Shown here: positions 61,806-64,000 of the stretch, in pieces
How the letters are laid out: each line of letters opens with the position of its first letter
How positions within the stretch are numbered: the first letter of the stretch is position 1
NCBI GenBank assembly: GCA_036404395.1
Contig: DASWZP010000168.1
Coordinates: forward strand, 15,400 to 79,399
DNA from: Bryobacteraceae bacterium
GTDB lineage: Bacteria > Acidobacteriota > Terriglobia > Bryobacterales > Bryobacteraceae
Reading direction: 5' to 3'
DNA: 64,000 nt
Translations under genes and position numbers: made by a program
The notes under the pieces: generated by a model
Seen by the model: only the letters and a program-made list of their open reading frames with translations
Told to the model about the DNA's origin: nothing
Database searches by the model: none

Positions 61806-61878
61806 TTTGGGCAGAAACTGCCCAAAAACAGACCTAAGCCCCTTGTTTCAGTGAGTTTTTGGGCAGACTCTGCCCGAA
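61806..61878. promoter_or_regulatory. two similar palindromes TTTGGGCAG-N3-CTGCCC, 52 nt apart, upstream of the OPT transporter
   Basis: TTTGGGCAGAAACTGCCCAAA (61806-61826) and TTTGGGCAGACTCTGCCCGAA (61858-61878). Confidence 0.55.
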
Positions 61879-61940
61879 TCGGCCGTCTCGCCTGAAGTGT
61901 AGTAGCATACGGGTTCACCGCACGCCCGGAGGCTGATTCC

Positions 61941-63923
61941 ATGGCTACTGCCGCGCCGGCTAAACAGCTACCTTCCAACGCCTACACGCCTCTGGCTCCC
62001 GGCGAGGCGTATCAGCCGCCCGTGTCCGCGGCCGAGCGGCTCCCCGAGCTCACGCCGCGCTCGATCGGCTGGGGCGTTTTTCTTTGCGTGGTGTTCACCG
62101 TGGCCTCGGCGTACTCCGGGCTGAAGGTGGGGCAAGTGATGGAAGCCGCCATCCCCATTTCCATCCTCGCCATCGGCCTGGCACGCGTCTACCGGCGCCG
62201 GTCCAGCGTCCTCGAAAACGTGATCATCACCGGCATCGGCGGCGTGGCCGGATCGGTGGTGGCCGGCGCGGTGTTCACTCTCCCGGCGCTTTACATCCTC
62301 AATCTCGCGCCGCATCCGGCGCAGACCATCTGCATCTGCGTGGCCGGCGGCTGTCTGGGCGTGCTGTTCCTGATCCCGCTGCGCCGCTACTTTGTGCGCG
62401 ACATGCACGGCATGTTCCCGTACCCGGAGGCCACCGCCATCACCGAAGTGCTGGTCACCGGCGAGAAGGGCGGATCGCAGGCCAGGCTGCTGCTCGAGGC
62501 CACCGCCATCTCCGGCGTCTACGATTTTCTGGTGACCACCTTCCAGGTGTGGAAGGAATATCTGGATTTTCAATTCGTGCCCGCGCTTCGCATGTTGTCG
62601 GAGCGCGCTAAAGTCGCCGTCAGCTTCGATGCCATCGGTTTCATTCTCGGTCTCGGCTACGTGATGGGCCTGCGCAGCTCGATGATTCTGTGCGCCGGCG
62701 GCGTGCTCTCCAACCTGGTGCTGGTGCCGCTGGTATGGATGATCGGCCGTGAGCATACCACCGCCGTCTATCCGGCCTCCATCCCCATCGCCCAAATGAC
62801 GGCCACGCAGATCTTCCGCGGCTATGTGCGATTCGTCGGCGTGGGCGCCATCGCCACGGCGGGCATCTTCGGCATCGTCAAATCCATCCGCATAGTGGCC
62901 GGCTCCTTCGGCGTGGCGGCGCGCACATTCAGGGCGGGCGAAACCGCAACCGGCGAGCGCACCGACCGCGACCTGCCGGTGATGACCGTCCTGCTGGGCG
63001 TGATCGTGAGCGCAATCGCCGTCGGCGCGCTGCTCGGCACGCTTTCCACCGCGCCTGCGGTGATCCTCATCGGCGTGGTACTGGCGCTGGTGTTTTCCTT
63101 CTTCTTCACCAGCGTGGCCGCCAACGCCATCGCCACCACCGCGCGCAATCCGGTTTCCGGCATGACCATGCTCACCATCATTATTTCGTCGATTGTGCTG
63201 CTGCGCTTCGGCCTTTCCGGCACCACCGGCATGTTCTTCGTGATGGCGCTGGCCGGCATGGTGTGCACCGCGCTCTCGGTCTCCGGCCAGGCCATCACGG
63301 ATTTCAAAGTCGGCTACTGGCTCGGCTCCACGCCAGCGGCGCAGGAGAAAGTGAAGTTTCTGGGCGTGCTGGCCGCCTCGGTCGCCGTCGGCCTCACCAT
63401 CGTGATGCTGGCGCGCGCGTTCCAGTTCGGCGAAGCGGTGCCGGGCGATCCGCGCGTGGTGCTGCCTTCGCCGCAAGCCTCCATCATGAAGGCGCTGGTT
63501 CAGGGGTTCATGAGCCGGCAGCCGGTGGCGTACCTTTTATTCGGCGCCGGCGCCGCGGTCGCGGTCTCGATGGAAATGCTCGGCATCCCGGCGCTGATCT
63601 TCGCGCTCGGCATGTACCTGCCGCTCGAGCTGAACACCCCGGCGCTGGTCGGCGGTTTCCTGGCCCACCTGGTTTCGAAGCGCGATGCCACCGCCCGTGA
63701 ACGGGGCGTCGTAATCGCCAGCGGCCTGATGGCGGGCGGCGCGCTGGGCGGCGTGTTCGGCGCGGCATGCCGCCTCATCCCCGGCTTCACCGAAGCCTGG
63801 ATCCGCACGCCGTTTTATGCGAACGATCTGATTTCGCAGTGCGTGTCCGGCCTCATGTTCCTGGGCCTGTGCGCTTATTTGTGGTTCAGCGCCGTGCGGC
63901 GGAAAAAGGAGAATGAAGTATGA
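61941..63923 (+). CDS. OPT-family oligopeptide transporter
   Basis: ELTPRSIGWGVFLCVVFTVASAYSGLKVGQ N-terminus. About 16 TM segments. 660 aa. Confidence 0.85.
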   Translation: MATAAPAKQLPSNAYTPLAPGEAYQPPVSAAERLPELTPRSIGWGVFLCVVFTVASAYSGLKVGQVMEAAIPISILAIGLARVYRRRSSVLENVIITGIGGVAGSVVAGAVFTLPALYILNLAPHPAQTICICVAGGCLGVLFLIPLRRYFVRDMHGMFPYPEATAITEVLVTGEKGGSQARLLLEATAISGVYDFLVTTFQVWKEYLDFQFVPALRMLSERAKVAVSFDAIGFILGLGYVMGLRSSMILCAGGVLSNLVLVPLVWMIGREHTTAVYPASIPIAQMTATQIFRGYVRFVGVGAIATAGIFGIVKSIRIVAGSFGVAARTFRAGETATGERTDRDLPVMTVLLGVIVSAIAVGALLGTLSTAPAVILIGVVLALVFSFFFTSVAANAIATTARNPVSGMTMLTIIISSIVLLRFGLSGTTGMFFVMALAGMVCTALSVSGQAITDFKVGYWLGSTPAAQEKVKFLGVLAASVAVGLTIVMLARAFQFGEAVPGDPRVVLPSPQASIMKALVQGFMSRQPVAYLLFGAGAAVAVSMEMLGIPALIFALGMYLPLELNTPALVGGFLAHLVSKRDATARERGVVIASGLMAGGALGGVFGAACRLIPGFTEAWIRTPFYANDLISQCVSGLMFLGLCAYLWFSAVRRKKENEV

Positions 63924-64000
63924 GCGCGCCTCTGGAAACACTCGTCGGTAACGCCATTCTGGGCATCGATACGCTTTGGGGCGGCGACGTGATGTGCGCC
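63921..64000 (+). CDS. 5' end of an unidentified gene (truncated by the window edge)
   Basis: The ATG at 63921 forms an ATGA overlap with the OPT stop. Only 26 codons are visible. Confidence 0.3.

Overview
High-GC bacterial chromosomal segment. The gene content suggests an Acidobacteriota-like soil bacterium: a TIGR03435-type paralog, a PEP-CTERM protein, PEGA and DinB proteins, and many sensor kinases. This taxonomic placement is inference only.

Order of content:
- (1) The 3' end of an NtrC-type regulator and its kinase.
- (2) A visibly AT-richer islet with a small zinc-ribbon gene, a PIN/RHH toxin-antitoxin pair and a HigB/HigA pair.
- (3) A dense phosphorelay cluster: an Hpt protein, a 1197-aa hybrid kinase, a receiver, a second kinase with a paralogous multi-repeat periplasmic sensor, an Rcp1-like receiver, and a receiver fused to a TadZ/CpaE-like ATPase.
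- (4) Envelope and housekeeping genes: an SLT transglycosylase, a SurA-like PPIase, an MDR oxidoreductase, an RRM protein and a DUF507-like protein.
- (5) An L-arabinose operon (FucI-like isomerase, araB, araD) divergent from a GH42 beta-galactosidase.
- (6) tRNA-Ser(GGA).
- (7) A six-gene Tyr/homogentisate operon (aminotransferase, hppD, hmgA, AMP-ligase, unknown gene, fahA) that has no recognisable maleylacetoacetate isomerase.
- (8) A divergent operon of phhA plus atu/liu-like genes (carboxyltransferase, split AtuA, crotonase, acyl-CoA dehydrogenase).
- (9) Hsp15, and a glutamate decarboxylase followed by a KimA-like APC permease.
- (10) A PspA/IM30 module with three poorly characterised partners, divergent from a radical SAM/SPASM gene.
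- (11) A PEP-CTERM protein, a pseudo-receiver, hpt coupled to an odd fusion protein, a Gly/Tyr-rich secreted protein, and a 4-TM + PEGA gene pair.
- (12) smc, a Tat-signal PLP enzyme, and DinB.
- (13) An IS630 element flanked by a TA duplication, next to an NHL-repeat remnant, followed by an OPT transporter.

I found no rRNA, CRISPR array or prophage.

The most unusual signals are non-coding:
- At least four families of short structured repeats whose copies differ by compensatory base changes.
- One perfect 29-bp inverted pair embedded in the 3' end of hmgA.
- A roughly 118-nt three-way-junction element closed by a perfect 17-bp stem.

All functional calls come from motif recognition by eye. 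No database search was run.
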